Source of the DNA: Candidatus Parvarchaeota archaeon
GTDB taxonomy: Archaea; Nanobdellota; Nanobdellia; WJKC01
Length of the DNA: 61,958 nt
NCBI GenBank assembly: GCA_017608505.1
Contig: JAFCFT010000004.1
Coordinates: forward strand, 1 to 61,958
Direction: 5' to 3'
Positions 40,191 to 50,476 of the stretch are shown piece by piece. The notes below the pieces were generated by a model, which was not told the origin of the DNA, ran no database searches, and worked only from the letters and a program-made list of their open reading frames with translations. The first letter of the stretch is position 1, and the number at the start of each line of letters is the position of its first letter. The translations under genes and the position numbers were made by a program.

Positions 40191-41096
40191 AGGATGTCAC
40201 CGGAGGGTTTATATACTTATGCGTACTTAGAACCAACACGTGAAATTTGATATAACAAGATTAGACTACGAAAAGGACAAAGATTACAGAGAATTAATAA
40301 GAGTTGACGGACACACTTTCAGGGATTTATTTGTGAATAAAAGCACTAAAGAATGGAGTACATTACTAGGTGTGTCTAAAAAACAGATTAGACTATGGAA
40401 ATCAGGAAAAATAAGGATTCCATTAAGAGTTTTGTTAAAGTTAGGAAAGAAAAATAGAATAGTAGGAAATGTTAAAAAATTATATCTATACAGTGGGAAA
40501 TCAGTGATTATCCCAGAAGGCCTGAACGAATTGCTATGTGAATTTGTAGGAAGGCACTGTGGTGATGGTTCAATAACAATAAAAAACAATGACTATAGGA
40601 TTGTATTAACAGAGAGTCCAGAGTTCCTGAAAATGCATGCAAAAGACATTGAAAATCTATTTGGAATAAAACCAAAGATTAGAATAATTAGCAAAAAGTA
40701 TGGACGAGTGATTTTCAGTTCGAAAATAATTGTAAGATTCTTAGAACAGTTTTTTGATATTAAGCATGGACCTAAAACACATACAATAACCGAACCAAAG
40801 ATTATCAGAAATTCAAAGATTAATCACCGAATTGCTTTTGTTAAAGGCCTAATCAATACTGAAGGAAGCGTATATAAATCCAATAGAGCATATTATTTTG
40901 AAATTAAACTAGTGAATAAAAATTTATTAAATTCTGTAAAGGAAATATTTGATTTATTAAGAATAAAGTATTATTATATGATTAAAGGAAATTACTACAC
41001 AATCAGAGTCCTCGGTTTGAAAGAGATTGATAAAATTAATAGATTAATAGGATTTAATAACCCACGTATAAAAATCCCTCCGATGCGTCCCGGTAA
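40191..41096 (+). mobile_element. 23S intron (about 1615), 906 nt
   Basis: ACCG/CGGT helix, GC|A and AA|A bulges; removal restores AACCGGCACAGGTG. Confidence 0.92.
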
Positions 41097-41151
41097 ACAG
41101 GTGCCCCTAGCTGAGAAGGCTAAGCCGTGTAGGGAGAACCATGGTCAGTGA
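40240..41151 (+). CDS. Double-motif LAGLIDADG endonuclease with N-terminal HTH-like segment
   Basis: EFVGRHCGDGS, FVKGLINTEGS; ORF runs into the downstream exon. Confidence 0.88.
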   Translation: MKFDITRLDYEKDKDYRELIRVDGHTFRDLFVNKSTKEWSTLLGVSKKQIRLWKSGKIRIPLRVLLKLGKKNRIVGNVKKLYLYSGKSVIIPEGLNELLCEFVGRHCGDGSITIKNNDYRIVLTESPEFLKMHAKDIENLFGIKPKIRIISKKYGRVIFSSKIIVRFLEQFFDIKHGPKTHTITEPKIIRNSKINHRIAFVKGLINTEGSVYKSNRAYYFEIKLVNKNLLNSVKEIFDLLRIKYYYMIKGNYYTIRVLGLKEIDKINRLIGFNNPRIKIPPMRPGKQVPLAEKAKPCRENHGQ

Positions 41152-41160
41152 AATCGGCAA

Positions 41161-41197
41161 ATGACGCAGAGATGTTGTAACTTCTGTGTCAGCCGAG
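41161..41197 (+). other. 23S mini-intron (about 1677), 37 nt
   Basis: CGGC/GCCG helix; removal restores CGGCAAATTGGCCCCG. Confidence 0.92.
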
Positions 41198-42216
41198 ATT
41201 GGCCCCGTAACTTCGGGAGAAGGGGTCTCAGCGGTCGTGCTCTTAAGGGTGCGATTGCTGGGGTCACTGACTAGGGGGGTCCGACTGTTTAATAAAAACA
41301 TAACTGGCTGCAAAACCGAAAGGTTTAGTATAGCCGGTGACGCCTGCCCAGTGCGAGTATCCGAAACCTGGGTTCAACCGGGCCAAGGACTCGTAAACGG
41401 CGGGCCTAACCTTGAGGCTCTTAAGGTAGCGTGATGCCTTGCCATTTAAATGATGGCGTGTCTGAGTGGCGTAACGAGATCCCCACTGTACCGACCATGG
41501 ACCCTGTGAACATATCGTCCTGGTGTAGAGACCAGGGACCCCCAGTGGGTTGATAAGACCCTTGGATCTTTACTGCAGCCTGACGCTGCTCTATGGGGTG
41601 TGTTGTATAGGGTAGTCGGGAGACGTAGAAGCGATGACGTCAGTTGTCGTGGAGTCAACGATGTAACACCGACCTTCACATCTTGTAGGGCTAACCCGAA
41701 AGGGGACACCGTTTGGTGGGCAGTTTGGCTGGGGCGGCACGCCGGCGAAAAGATATCACCGGCGCCCAAAGGTCAGCTCAGGGAGGTCAGAACTCTCCCG
41801 TTGAGTGCAAGAGCAAAAGCTGGCCTGACTGGAATCCGCAATGCGAGGATTCCAGGGGCGAAAGCCTGGTCTAGCGAACCGCTGTGTGCCTCTCGTTGAG
41901 GCCCAGTGACGACAGAGAAGTTACCCAAGGGATAATGGAGCTGTCTCGCCCGAGAGTCCATATTGACGGCGAGGCTTGCTACGTCGATGTCGGCTCTTCC
42001 TATCCTGGCCGTGCAGCAGCGGCCAAGGGTGCGGGTGTTCACCGATTAAAAGGGATCGTGAGCTGGGTTTAGAACGCGGTGACGCAGTTCGGCTTATAAC
42101 TACTGGGGGTGCGCAGTGCCTGAGCGGAAGGTCCTCTTAGTACGAAAGGAACGGAGGGTCGGCGCCTCTAGTCTACCAGTTGTCCGACAGGGCAGGCTGG
42201 GCAGCCACGCGCTAGT

Positions 42217-42249
<33 letters not shown>

Positions 42250-42433
42250 ATCCGCGAAAAGAGGCACTGATAGGGCTGTCATAGAAGATGACGTTGATAG
42301 GAACGGGGTGTAAGCACCGAGGCAACGAGGTGTTCAGCCCGCGTTCACTAATCGCCCTGACACATCACAAAATAAGTGAGGGTTTAAGTCCCCTGTTTTC
42401 CGGCCTTGCAACGGTTGTTCATTTTTTATAATC

Positions 42434-43057
42434 ATGAAGTTTTTTGCGTTCGTAGATTTGCACGGAAACAGAATGGTCTTAGAACAAGCTATGTTAAACG
42501 CAATTAATAATGAATGCAAATTCATAATATGCGCAGGCGACTTGACTAACTTTGGAGCTGGATTAAGCGAAATGATGAGTGCGCTTTCAAAATCAAAAAT
42601 CCCTGTGTTTATTATACCTGGCAATCACGAGACAAATGAAGAAATAGATAAAGAGTGCAAAAAATACAAATTTGTGAATTTGCATGCGCAGGCAGTAAGC
42701 TACAGAGGGTTAACGCTTGCAGGCATAGGAGGAAGCAACATAACGCCATTTAACACTCCAAATGAACACACTGAAGATGAAATAAAAGAAGTGCTTGAAA
42801 AATTCAAAGGCAGAGAAAATTTATTGCTAGTAAGCCATGCTCCTCCGTACGGCTATCTTGATGAAGTGGGATATGGACAACACGCAGGAAGCAAAGCATT
42901 GCTTGAGTTCATAAAGGCTGAGCAACCTTTGATGGTTATTTGCGGACACATACATGAGCACGCTGGCAAAGAGACAATAATAGGAAATACTAAAGTAATC
43001 AATCCTGGCAAAGGAAGCATTATTTCTTTGCAAAATTTTTTAAAAAATCTTCAATAG
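42434..43057 (+). CDS. Metallophosphoesterase
   Basis: DLHG, GDLT, GNHE, HAPP, GHIHE. Confidence 0.94.
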   Translation: MKFFAFVDLHGNRMVLEQAMLNAINNECKFIICAGDLTNFGAGLSEMMSALSKSKIPVFIIPGNHETNEEIDKECKKYKFVNLHAQAVSYRGLTLAGIGGSNITPFNTPNEHTEDEIKEVLEKFKGRENLLLVSHAPPYGYLDEVGYGQHAGSKALLEFIKAEQPLMVICGHIHEHAGKETIIGNTKVINPGKGSIISLQNFLKNLQ

Positions 43058-43364
43058 CATCCGGAACATACAAGCCAAGACGTTTTGCTTTCATAATTAT
43101 ATAATCTTTTAAAGATGCTTCCATAAACCTGATTTTTTCAATCATTTCTTCGTTATTACTATACATGTCACAAACATCCCTATACAGATCTCTAAAAGCA
43201 AATCCTGCATTAAATGCGTATCTAATAAGCCCTCCACCTCTAGTGCCAATAACTGCAAAATCTACTTTTTGATATAATTTGTTAAGAACTCTATTATATT
43301 CATTTTCGTCATTTAAAAAAGCATCCAGGTCCTTAACACATAAGTATAAACTGTAAGATTTCAT
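43020..43364 (-). CDS. Hypothetical protein
   Basis: 114-aa ORF. Confidence 0.55.
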   Translation of the reverse strand: MKSYSLYLCVKDLDAFLNDENEYNRVLNKLYQKVDFAVIGTRGGGLIRYAFNAGFAFRDLYRDVCDMYSNNEEMIEKIRFMEASLKDYIIMKAKRLGLYVPDAIEDFLKNFAKK

Positions 43365-43390
43365 AATTCAAGAAAAAAGAATATCGCATA

Positions 43391-43957
43391 TTAAATTAAT
43401 TGTTTTTTAATATATATTACAAGCTGAATTATTGCAGTAGCAGAAAGAGCCACGTATGCTGTAAATAACATTGGAATTGCGCTAGGCAAAAAGGGAAGTA
43501 TTAACATCATAACTACAGTGTATATCAAGCGTTCTGCTCTGTCAAATATAGAGTGTTTTGCGCATGCTCCAAGGCACTCTGCTCTGTGCTTCACATAAGA
43601 AATCATAATAGAAAAGCCCACAGCAAATAATGCAATTGTCTGCATGCCAGAGCTTACAGCAATGAATGCTATAAACAAAGTTTCAACAATTTTGTCGCTT
43701 ACAGAATCTAAGAATGCGCCAAACTTAGATACTTTCTTAGTCTCGCGTGCAAGAGCTCCATCAAATAAATCAATAAGAAAAGACAAAGAGAACAAAGCAA
43801 CGCCAAGCCAGTAATTTATAAAAGATATAAAGAAGGCTACAAAACCTAAACACAAGCCAGCAATTGTCAAATGATTCGGATGAAGCCCTGCCTTTGCTAA
43901 AAGATCCACTAAAGGAGCCATAAAATTATTCACTTCTTTTTTCTTTTTTGCAAGCAT
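43391..43957 (-). CDS. CDP-alcohol phosphatidyltransferase
   Basis: PNHLT, D..DGALAR...GAFLDSVSD. Confidence 0.94.
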   Translation of the reverse strand: MLAKKKKEVNNFMAPLVDLLAKAGLHPNHLTIAGLCLGFVAFFISFINYWLGVALFSLSFLIDLFDGALARETKKVSKFGAFLDSVSDKIVETLFIAFIAVSSGMQTIALFAVGFSIMISYVKHRAECLGACAKHSIFDRAERLIYTVVMMLILPFLPSAIPMLFTAYVALSATAIIQLVIYIKKQLI

Positions 43958-44448
43958 TACCAAGGCACCTTCTTAAGACCAAGATAATATGCGATGATGT
44001 TCGAAGCCCTATGAATTAAAATTGTAGCACCAAACATCACAACAACAGATAAAAAATCCATTGAAATGTAAAATGACAAGTAAATATAAGACGCTATCAT
44101 AAAATCCAGTTGATCTGCCAAAAACCATCGCTCGCCCTGCTTTATGCCAAGCCTGCGTTTTATGAATGAGTGAATAACATCGCCAAGCAGTGCAAATAAA
44201 ATGGATGCGAGACTAATAGAAAGCATAAGACCTGGCCACAAATAAAAAATAATTGCAGAGGCGAGACTCCCAAGTGAAAAGCCTATAAGCAACCCTTCAA
44301 TAGTTTTTCCGTTTCCAAGCAACCTGTGTTTGCCAAGTTTTAATCCAAAGTCAAGAGGATGTCTTTTTTTAATTAATGCTGCAAGAGTGCATGAAGCATT
44401 AGCCACATAAAGAGGTATTGTATACATTATAAGTGGAAGAATATTCAT
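43957..44448 (-). CDS. carS: CDP-archaeol synthase (DUF46)
   Basis: YVAN, PLDFG, GNGKT.EG, GD...SFIKRR, DQLDF, KKVPW. Confidence 0.92.
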   Translation of the reverse strand: MNILPLIMYTIPLYVANASCTLAALIKKRHPLDFGLKLGKHRLLGNGKTIEGLLIGFSLGSLASAIIFYLWPGLMLSISLASILFALLGDVIHSFIKRRLGIKQGERWFLADQLDFMIASYIYLSFYISMDFLSVVVMFGATILIHRASNIIAYYLGLKKVPW

Positions 44449-44523
44449 GAAGGAAACTAACAGTTTCTCACTTAAAAGATTTTTTCAAAATAATTAAAAA
44501 AGATAAAAAGTTTAAAAGCAAAT

Positions 44524-44730
44524 ATGAAGAAGTCAAAAATTAAAACAAACTTGCTGACATTCTTGATAATATTTGCTGTTGCATTTGTGTCAAGCGTGCT
44601 TACGCAGGTTTTAATGAACGTGTGGATTGACTGGATAACTTCTGCAATCATTAGTCTGGGAATAACTGCTGCGTTAATCATTTTTGACGTACTAAATATT
44701 ACTAAAAAGTTTAAGAAAAAGAAAAAATAA
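44524..44730 (+). CDS. Small two-TM membrane protein
   Basis: Two hydrophobic helices with basic termini. Confidence 0.6.
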   Translation: MKKSKIKTNLLTFLIIFAVAFVSSVLTQVLMNVWIDWITSAIISLGITAALIIFDVLNITKKFKKKKK

Positions 44731-44762
44731 GTTTATAAATGCGTTTATTTATTATTCTTTTT

Positions 44763-45084
44763 AGTGATTGGGTGAGTGGTTTCACGCTTCGAAAAGCGAA
44801 GTGAGGAAGTCCGTTCACTGCTCATTAACGGTTCGACTCCGTTAACTTGCGACCCGCAAGGGTAATGCTTGGAAGGGCTTTGCAGCTTGAACAGCGACGA
44901 TGACCGCATCGAGACGCAAACCAATGATTAATGATGAGGGTTTCGGTGCGGTGTGAAACGGCTTGCTGCACGCAAGAGCAGTGCAAGTCAAAAGGACGCT
45001 TAGTAGAATAACCACAAAGCCTTCGATGAGGAAGCGCATCGCTTCTTTAGGGCTTAACAAAAAACGGGCTATCACCCAATCACT
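44763..45084 (+). ncRNA. rnpB: RNase P RNA
   Basis: P1 AGTGATTGGGTGA/TCACCCAATCACT, GAGGAAGTCCG, AACAAAAAACGGGCT; TATA at 44732. Confidence 0.95.
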
Positions 45085-45089
45085 GCCTT

Positions 45090-45260
45090 TTACTTTAAGA
45101 ATCCAATTCTTTCCATGGTGAACCAAAAGCTAAAACCAAGAATTATTAATCCAAAAGATACTGTTTCATTAATGCTTAATGGAAACACTGGACTTAACAT
45201 AATTCTAAATCCAATGAAAATGCCAAGAATGTCCCTTATTGCGCCTCTAAAACCCATCAT
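45090..45260 (-). CDS. Small 56-aa membrane protein (not in ORF track)
   Basis: MMGFRGAIRDILGIFIG...WFTMERIGFLK*. Confidence 0.6.
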   Translation of the reverse strand: MMGFRGAIRDILGIFIGFRIMLSPVFPLSINETVSFGLIILGFSFWFTMERIGFLK

Positions 45261-45296
45261 AAAGATTTATAAAAGCAAATTTAATAATCTTTTTCC

Positions 45297-45455
45297 ATGG
45301 CAAAAAAGATGACAATGCTTCCTCAAAGCACTGGAGGAATAATGCGCTACTTTAGCGACTACAAGAGCAAAATCCTAATTAAGCCAGGATATGTCATATT
45401 TGCTGCAATAATAACAATCATAGGGATTCTAATTCTTCACGCCACGCTTCCATAG
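45297..45455 (+). CDS. secG: Preprotein translocase Sec61beta (not in ORF track)
   Basis: LPQSTGGIMRYF...IKP followed by a TM helix. Confidence 0.9.
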   Translation: MAKKMTMLPQSTGGIMRYFSDYKSKILIKPGYVIFAAIITIIGILILHATLP

Positions 45456-45754
45456 CGGCTTAGAAGCATGATTAAAAGTATTATCACAACTACTAGGCCT
45501 GCGCTGATAAAGATAAGATATGCCCAGTATTCTCTTACAAAATCCATTACACGGGTTTTAAAATTGTATTCTGGCACTTTTAGTTCTTGTTTTTGTGGCG
45601 CGCCTGCAAGCTCTTCTTTTGGAAGTGCTGTCATTAATTGCGCATAAAAGTCAGGATATTTTTCTTGATAAAGCTTCATTGTCTCAGCATATTTTGCAGG
45701 GTTTTTGCGTTTAAGCTCGAGCAACCGTGAAACATACTCTTGAATATCTGGCAT
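45437..45754 (-). CDS. C-terminally anchored hypothetical protein
   Basis: 105-aa ORF with a C-terminal TM helix. Confidence 0.65.
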   Translation of the reverse strand: MPDIQEYVSRLLELKRKNPAKYAETMKLYQEKYPDFYAQLMTALPKEELAGAPQKQELKVPEYNFKTRVMDFVREYWAYLIFISAGLVVVIILLIMLLSRYGSVA

Positions 45755-45792
45755 AAAATAATATAAGGTGCAAACATATTTAATAGTTTATT

Positions 45793-46518
45793 ATGCTTAA
45801 TAAAAGAGAATTAGAAAGATATAACAGCCAGATAATTTTTAAAAAGTTTGGAAAAGAAAGCCAAGAAAAATTAAAAAAAGCAAAAGCGCTTCTTGTTGGT
45901 GTTGGAGGCCTGGGGTCTGTAATATCAACACTTCTTGTGAGGGCAGGCATAGGAGAATTAAAAATTGTTGACAGGGATGTTGTTGAATTAAGCAATCTTC
46001 AAAGACAGATACTGTATGATGAAACAGACATTGGAAAATCAAAAGCAAAGCTTGCAAAAGAAAAATTAAGAAAAGTTAATAAAAATGTAAAAATAAAGGC
46101 TTTTAAAGATGAAATAACAAAAGACAATGTATTAAAATACGCGAGAAATGTTGACATAATTCTTGACGGCACAGACAATATGAAAGCGCGCTTTGCGCTG
46201 AATCATGCAAGCGTCAAATTAAAAATTCCGTTTGTGCACGCAGGATGCGAAGGATTTAGCGGGGTTTGCGCTGTGTTTGTTCCAAAAAAAGCTTGTTTTG
46301 CCTGCCTTTACAAAGAATGTGAAGTAAAAAAGCCGATAAGTGTTCTTGGGCCAACGCCTGTGCTAGCAGGCAGCATGTCTTCTGGCTACGCGATTCAGAT
46401 GCTGTCCAGCACAATGAAATTAAAGACTTCATTCATGACTGTGTTTTCGCTTATTGACAATGAATTTGACACATACATTATTAAAAAAGATACAAAATGC
46501 GCTGAGTGTGGAAAATGA
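45793..46518 (+). CDS. ThiF/MoeB E1-like enzyme (UbaA-like)
   Basis: GVGGLG, SNLQRQ, DGTDN, CFAC, CAEC. Confidence 0.93.
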   Translation: MLNKRELERYNSQIIFKKFGKESQEKLKKAKALLVGVGGLGSVISTLLVRAGIGELKIVDRDVVELSNLQRQILYDETDIGKSKAKLAKEKLRKVNKNVKIKAFKDEITKDNVLKYARNVDIILDGTDNMKARFALNHASVKLKIPFVHAGCEGFSGVCAVFVPKKACFACLYKECEVKKPISVLGPTPVLAGSMSSGYAIQMLSSTMKLKTSFMTVFSLIDNEFDTYIIKKDTKCAECGK

Positions 46519-46730
46519 AAGTAATATTAAAAACATACGTGCCAAAAGAAAAAGAAATTGAAATTAAAGTAAAAGCAAATGCAAAATTAAAAGACGTTAT
46601 TAAAAACGTAAAAATGAAATCGCCTGACGACTATATTATTCTAGTTAATAGCATAAGTGTGAAAAATCTAGAGAAAAGACTAAAAGAAAATTCAAAAATA
46701 GTGATACTTCCAAGGTTGCTGGGTGGGTAA
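46515..46730 (+). CDS. SAMP/MoaD/ThiS ubiquitin-like protein
   Basis: About 70 aa, ILVN, C-terminal P..GG. Confidence 0.88.
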   Translation: MKVILKTYVPKEKEIEIKVKANAKLKDVIKNVKMKSPDDYIILVNSISVKNLEKRLKENSKIVILPRLLGG

Positions 46731-48045
46731 TGTGCTAAAAATCTTATCGCCTCAAAGCATTGCAGTAATAGGTGCTTCAAGAAATCCAAAAAAGGTTGGG
46801 CACGTAGTATTTAAGAATCTAAAAGAGTCAAAAATAAAGACATATCCAGTAAATCCAAACGCAAAAAGGCTGCTTGGTGTTAAATGCTATCAAAGCATAA
46901 CAGAATTAAAAGACAAAGTTCAAGTTGCAATTATTGCAATACCTGCAAAATTTGTTCCTAAAGTTATTGAAGAATGCGGTGCTTGCGGAGTAAAAGAAGT
47001 CATAATAATAAGTGCTGGATTTAAAGAAGCAGGCAATGAAAAACTTGAGCAAGAACTAAAAAACAAGGCTAAAAAGTTTGGCATTAAAATGCTTGGGCCA
47101 AATGTCTTAGGAGTAATTAAGCCAGGAGAATTTAACGCATCTTTTTTTAAAGAAAAATTGATAAAAGGAGGCATTAGTTTCATAAGCCAGTCAGGAGCGC
47201 TTGGCGTCGCAGTCCTTGACTGGGCTACTAGCAAAAACATAGGTTTCAGATACTTTATAAGCGTAGGAAATATGGCAGATATTAATTTTAGCGAATTAAT
47301 AGAAGAGCTAAGCAATGATCCTGAAACAAAAGTTATAGCATTGTATGTTGAGTCTCTAAATGATGGCAAAGCATTTATGGAAGCTGTTAAAAATGCAGGC
47401 AAGCCAGTCTTGGTATTAAAAGCTGGCAAAAGCGAAGAAGGAGGAAGAGCTGCAAGCAGCCATACAGGCTCATTAGCAGGAGGCTATAAGATCTACGAGG
47501 CTGCATTTAAGCAATGCGGTGCTATTAGCGTCTCATCCTTTAATGAGTTAATAAAGACTGCTGAACTAATTAATAGATTTGGAAAAATTAAGAAAAAAGT
47601 CTTAATAATAAGCAATGCTGGAGGGCCTGGCATCTTAATAACTGATGCGTGCGTTAAGAACGAACTAAAAATCCCGAGACTTCCTTTGCGCGTAAAGAAA
47701 AAACTTGACAAAGAGCTTCCAAAAGCATGGAGCCGTAACAATCCAATAGATGTGTTAGGCGATGCATTGGCTGAAAGATACAAGAAAGTCTTTAATGTCA
47801 TTGAAAAAGATGACTTTTATGACTGCGTGATTGTACTTTTAACACCGCAAGCAATGACTGAAGTTAAAAAGACAGCCAAAGCAGTGATTGAATTCTCAAG
47901 ACGCACTAAGAAGCCTGTAATCCCTTGCTTTTTAGGAGGTAAAAAAGTAAAAGAAGCATTTGAATTGTTCAAGAAAGCAGGTATTTTTGCTTTTGACGAA
48001 ATCGATGAAGTTGCTGAAGCTCTTGGCAAAGCAGTCAAAGCCTAA
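46723..48045 (+). CDS. acdA: ADP-forming acyl-CoA synthetase alpha subunit
   Basis: AVIGAS, GPN.LG, SQSGALG, SHTGSLAG, NPID.LGDA. Confidence 0.93.
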   Translation: MGNVLKILSPQSIAVIGASRNPKKVGHVVFKNLKESKIKTYPVNPNAKRLLGVKCYQSITELKDKVQVAIIAIPAKFVPKVIEECGACGVKEVIIISAGFKEAGNEKLEQELKNKAKKFGIKMLGPNVLGVIKPGEFNASFFKEKLIKGGISFISQSGALGVAVLDWATSKNIGFRYFISVGNMADINFSELIEELSNDPETKVIALYVESLNDGKAFMEAVKNAGKPVLVLKAGKSEEGGRAASSHTGSLAGGYKIYEAAFKQCGAISVSSFNELIKTAELINRFGKIKKKVLIISNAGGPGILITDACVKNELKIPRLPLRVKKKLDKELPKAWSRNNPIDVLGDALAERYKKVFNVIEKDDFYDCVIVLLTPQAMTEVKKTAKAVIEFSRRTKKPVIPCFLGGKKVKEAFELFKKAGIFAFDEIDEVAEALGKAVKA

Positions 48046-48664
48046 CTCGCGCATCAATCACTAAAGCTTTGTTGCCTTTCATAGTTAGCGGGTTAATATC
48101 CATTTCTTTTATGTCTTTTTGCACAGCAATTTTTGAAATTTTGCTGATAAGTTCAGAAAGCTTATCAATATTAACGCCCTTAACGCCCCTGTAACCTTGC
48201 AACAGCTTGCCGGCTTTAAGTTCGCAAATCATAGACTTTGCTTCTTTTTTATTGACTGGACAGACGCGAAATGAAACGTCTCGAAGAAGTTCTACAAAGA
48301 TGCCTCCAATGCCGAACATTAAGACCTGACTAAATACTGGGTCTTTTTTAATGCCTATTATTAATTCAATGCCTGAAAATTGCTCCTGAATTAAAATGCC
48401 TTTTAAAGGCAATTTTAGATGCTGAGCAGAAAGCAGGAGTTCATCATACGCTCGTCTAGCTCTTATTTCATCATAAATTCCTGTAACTACTCCGCCCACA
48501 TCAGTTTTGTGAATTGCTTTAGAGCTAACTAACTTCATAACTACAGGGTACCCAATTGTTTTGGAAGCAAAAACAGCTTCGTGCCTGCTGGTAGCAAGAT
48601 AGGACTTTGCAACTGGCAAGCCTTGTTTTTTTAAAAACTTAAGACTCTCAAATACGTCAAGCAT
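48035..48664 (-). CDS. acdB: ADP-forming acyl-CoA synthetase beta subunit
   Basis: GYPVVMK, HKTDVGGV, FG.GGIFVE, EMDINP. Confidence 0.93.
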   Translation of the reverse strand: MLDVFESLKFLKKQGLPVAKSYLATSRHEAVFASKTIGYPVVMKLVSSKAIHKTDVGGVVTGIYDEIRARRAYDELLLSAQHLKLPLKGILIQEQFSGIELIIGIKKDPVFSQVLMFGIGGIFVELLRDVSFRVCPVNKKEAKSMICELKAGKLLQGYRGVKGVNIDKLSELISKISKIAVQKDIKEMDINPLTMKGNKALVIDARVRL

Positions 48665-48721
48665 TGTTTAAATAATAAAAACTTGGTTTTTAATTAATTA
48701 TCGAAAAAAGTTCTTTTGTTA

Positions 48722-49486
48722 TTAAACTGACTCGCTTTTTTCAAAGAAATATGCTCCAAGGAATACCATGATGCTAGAAAAGCCAACTAGTATTGCGAAA
48801 TTTAAAAGAACCGGAAACGAGGATACGCCAATCAACACGCCTCTCAAACCATCTACACCATATGTTAATGGGTCGAGATACGAAATGTATCGTATCCAGA
48901 CAGGCAAGTTCTCTAATGGATATAAAGCGCCAGATAAGAAAAAAAGAGGGAATATTACAAAATTAGTTATCATACCAAAACCTTGAATATCCTTCATTTT
49001 TGAGGCAAATATTAGACCTAAACCAATAAAGGTAGACGATATAAGCAACATAAAAACAATAGATGAAAAGAATGCAGGTATGCTAACTATCTTAAAACCC
49101 ATTAAAATAGAAATGCCTAATATTAAAATGCCTTGAAATATTGAAGTCGTTGCTCCTCCAATTATTCTTCCAATTACTATTGAAACCCTGTTGACAGGCG
49201 CAACCATAATTTCTTTTAAAAATCCAAACTCCTTATCCCATAAAACAGACATTCCTGCAAACATCGAAGTAAAAAGCATAGTCATGCCAACAATACCTGG
49301 AACTAAAAAATGAATATATTCTACATCTTTTGCCATACTTGGTATATTTATATTGCCTAAACCCATGCCTAAAAAGGCTAAGAAAAAAATTGGCATTGCC
49401 AGAGTCCCAATAACTCTAGATTTTGCTCTTACGAATCTCTTCATTTCTCTAAGCCATAAAACATATATTGCAATAGCATTAATCAT
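48722..49486 (-). CDS. ABC-2 exporter permease
   Basis: DKEFGFLKEIMVAP, FLSGALYP, PLTYGVD. Confidence 0.93.
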   Translation of the reverse strand: MINAIAIYVLWLREMKRFVRAKSRVIGTLAMPIFFLAFLGMGLGNINIPSMAKDVEYIHFLVPGIVGMTMLFTSMFAGMSVLWDKEFGFLKEIMVAPVNRVSIVIGRIIGGATTSIFQGILILGISILMGFKIVSIPAFFSSIVFMLLISSTFIGLGLIFASKMKDIQGFGMITNFVIFPLFFLSGALYPLENLPVWIRYISYLDPLTYGVDGLRGVLIGVSSFPVLLNFAILVGFSSIMVFLGAYFFEKSESV

Positions 49487-50475
49487 CTTCTAAACCTCCT
49501 TTTTGCAAACTCCATAAATTTTTCTTTCTGGCTGGCTTCCTTTTCCCTGATGGTTTTTCCAGTAAAATGTAAAAATACATTTTCTAAACTTGGTTTATGC
49601 AGAGTCGCAGATATGATGCCAACACCTTTTTTCTGGGCAATACTAATTATTTCTGGCAGTCTTTTTTCGCCTTTTTTTACCATTAATGTTAACTTACTGT
49701 CGTGCTTTTTAAAAGAGTTCACAAATTTTAGTTTGTTAATTGCATTCATGAATTTATCGGCATTTCCCTCCAGTTCGAGGATTATAATATCCCCTCCAAG
49801 CTTATCTTTTAATCTATTTGGAGTGTCCATTGCAATAATCTTGCCATGATCAATTATACCTATCCTATCACAAAGATAATCAGCTTCTTCCATATAATGA
49901 GTAGTTAAAATAATTGTAATCTTGTTTTCTTTGTTTAGTTTTCTAATATAGTCCCAAATATGCCTTCTTGTTTGGGCATCCAAACCAAGAGTAGGCTCAT
50001 CCAAAAATAAAACTTTTGGTCTATGAATGAAGCCTCTGGCAATTTCTAATCTTCTTTTCATGCCACCAGAATAATTTCCTACCAATACATTTGCTTTATC
50101 GCTCAATCCAACAAGTTCTAAAACCTCTTTTATCCTTCTATTTCTTTCTTTTTTATTCATTCCATACAACATCGCATGGAATTCTAGATTTTCCTTTCCA
50201 GTTAATCTATTGTCCAAAGCAGGCTCTTGGAAAACTATCCCAATGCTTCTTCTTACTTTTTCTCTTTCTTTTATTATATCATAACCAGACACCTTCGCAT
50301 GGCCAGAAGAAGGATTAAGCAGTGTAGAAAGCATATTTATTGTCGTGGTTTTGCCAGCGCCATTCGGCCCTAATAAGCCAAAAAGTTCTCCTTTTTTTAC
50401 CTTAAAACTTATATTGTCTACTGCTGTAAAACCATTAAACATTTTTGTTAAATTTTTGACTTCTATTGCTACCAC
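49483..50475 (-). CDS. ABC exporter ATPase (DrrA-like)
   Basis: GPNGAGKT, YSGGM, LDEPT. Confidence 0.96.
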   Translation of the reverse strand: MVAIEVKNLTKMFNGFTAVDNISFKVKKGELFGLLGPNGAGKTTTINMLSTLLNPSSGHAKVSGYDIIKEREKVRRSIGIVFQEPALDNRLTGKENLEFHAMLYGMNKKERNRRIKEVLELVGLSDKANVLVGNYSGGMKRRLEIARGFIHRPKVLFLDEPTLGLDAQTRRHIWDYIRKLNKENKITIILTTHYMEEADYLCDRIGIIDHGKIIAMDTPNRLKDKLGGDIIILELEGNADKFMNAINKLKFVNSFKKHDSKLTLMVKKGEKRLPEIISIAQKKGVGIISATLHKPSLENVFLHFTGKTIREKEASQKEKFMEFAKRRFRR

Positions 50476-50476
50476 G

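Noticed and set aside
44842-45126. 94-aa minus-strand ORF
   Set aside because: Overlaps RNase P RNA
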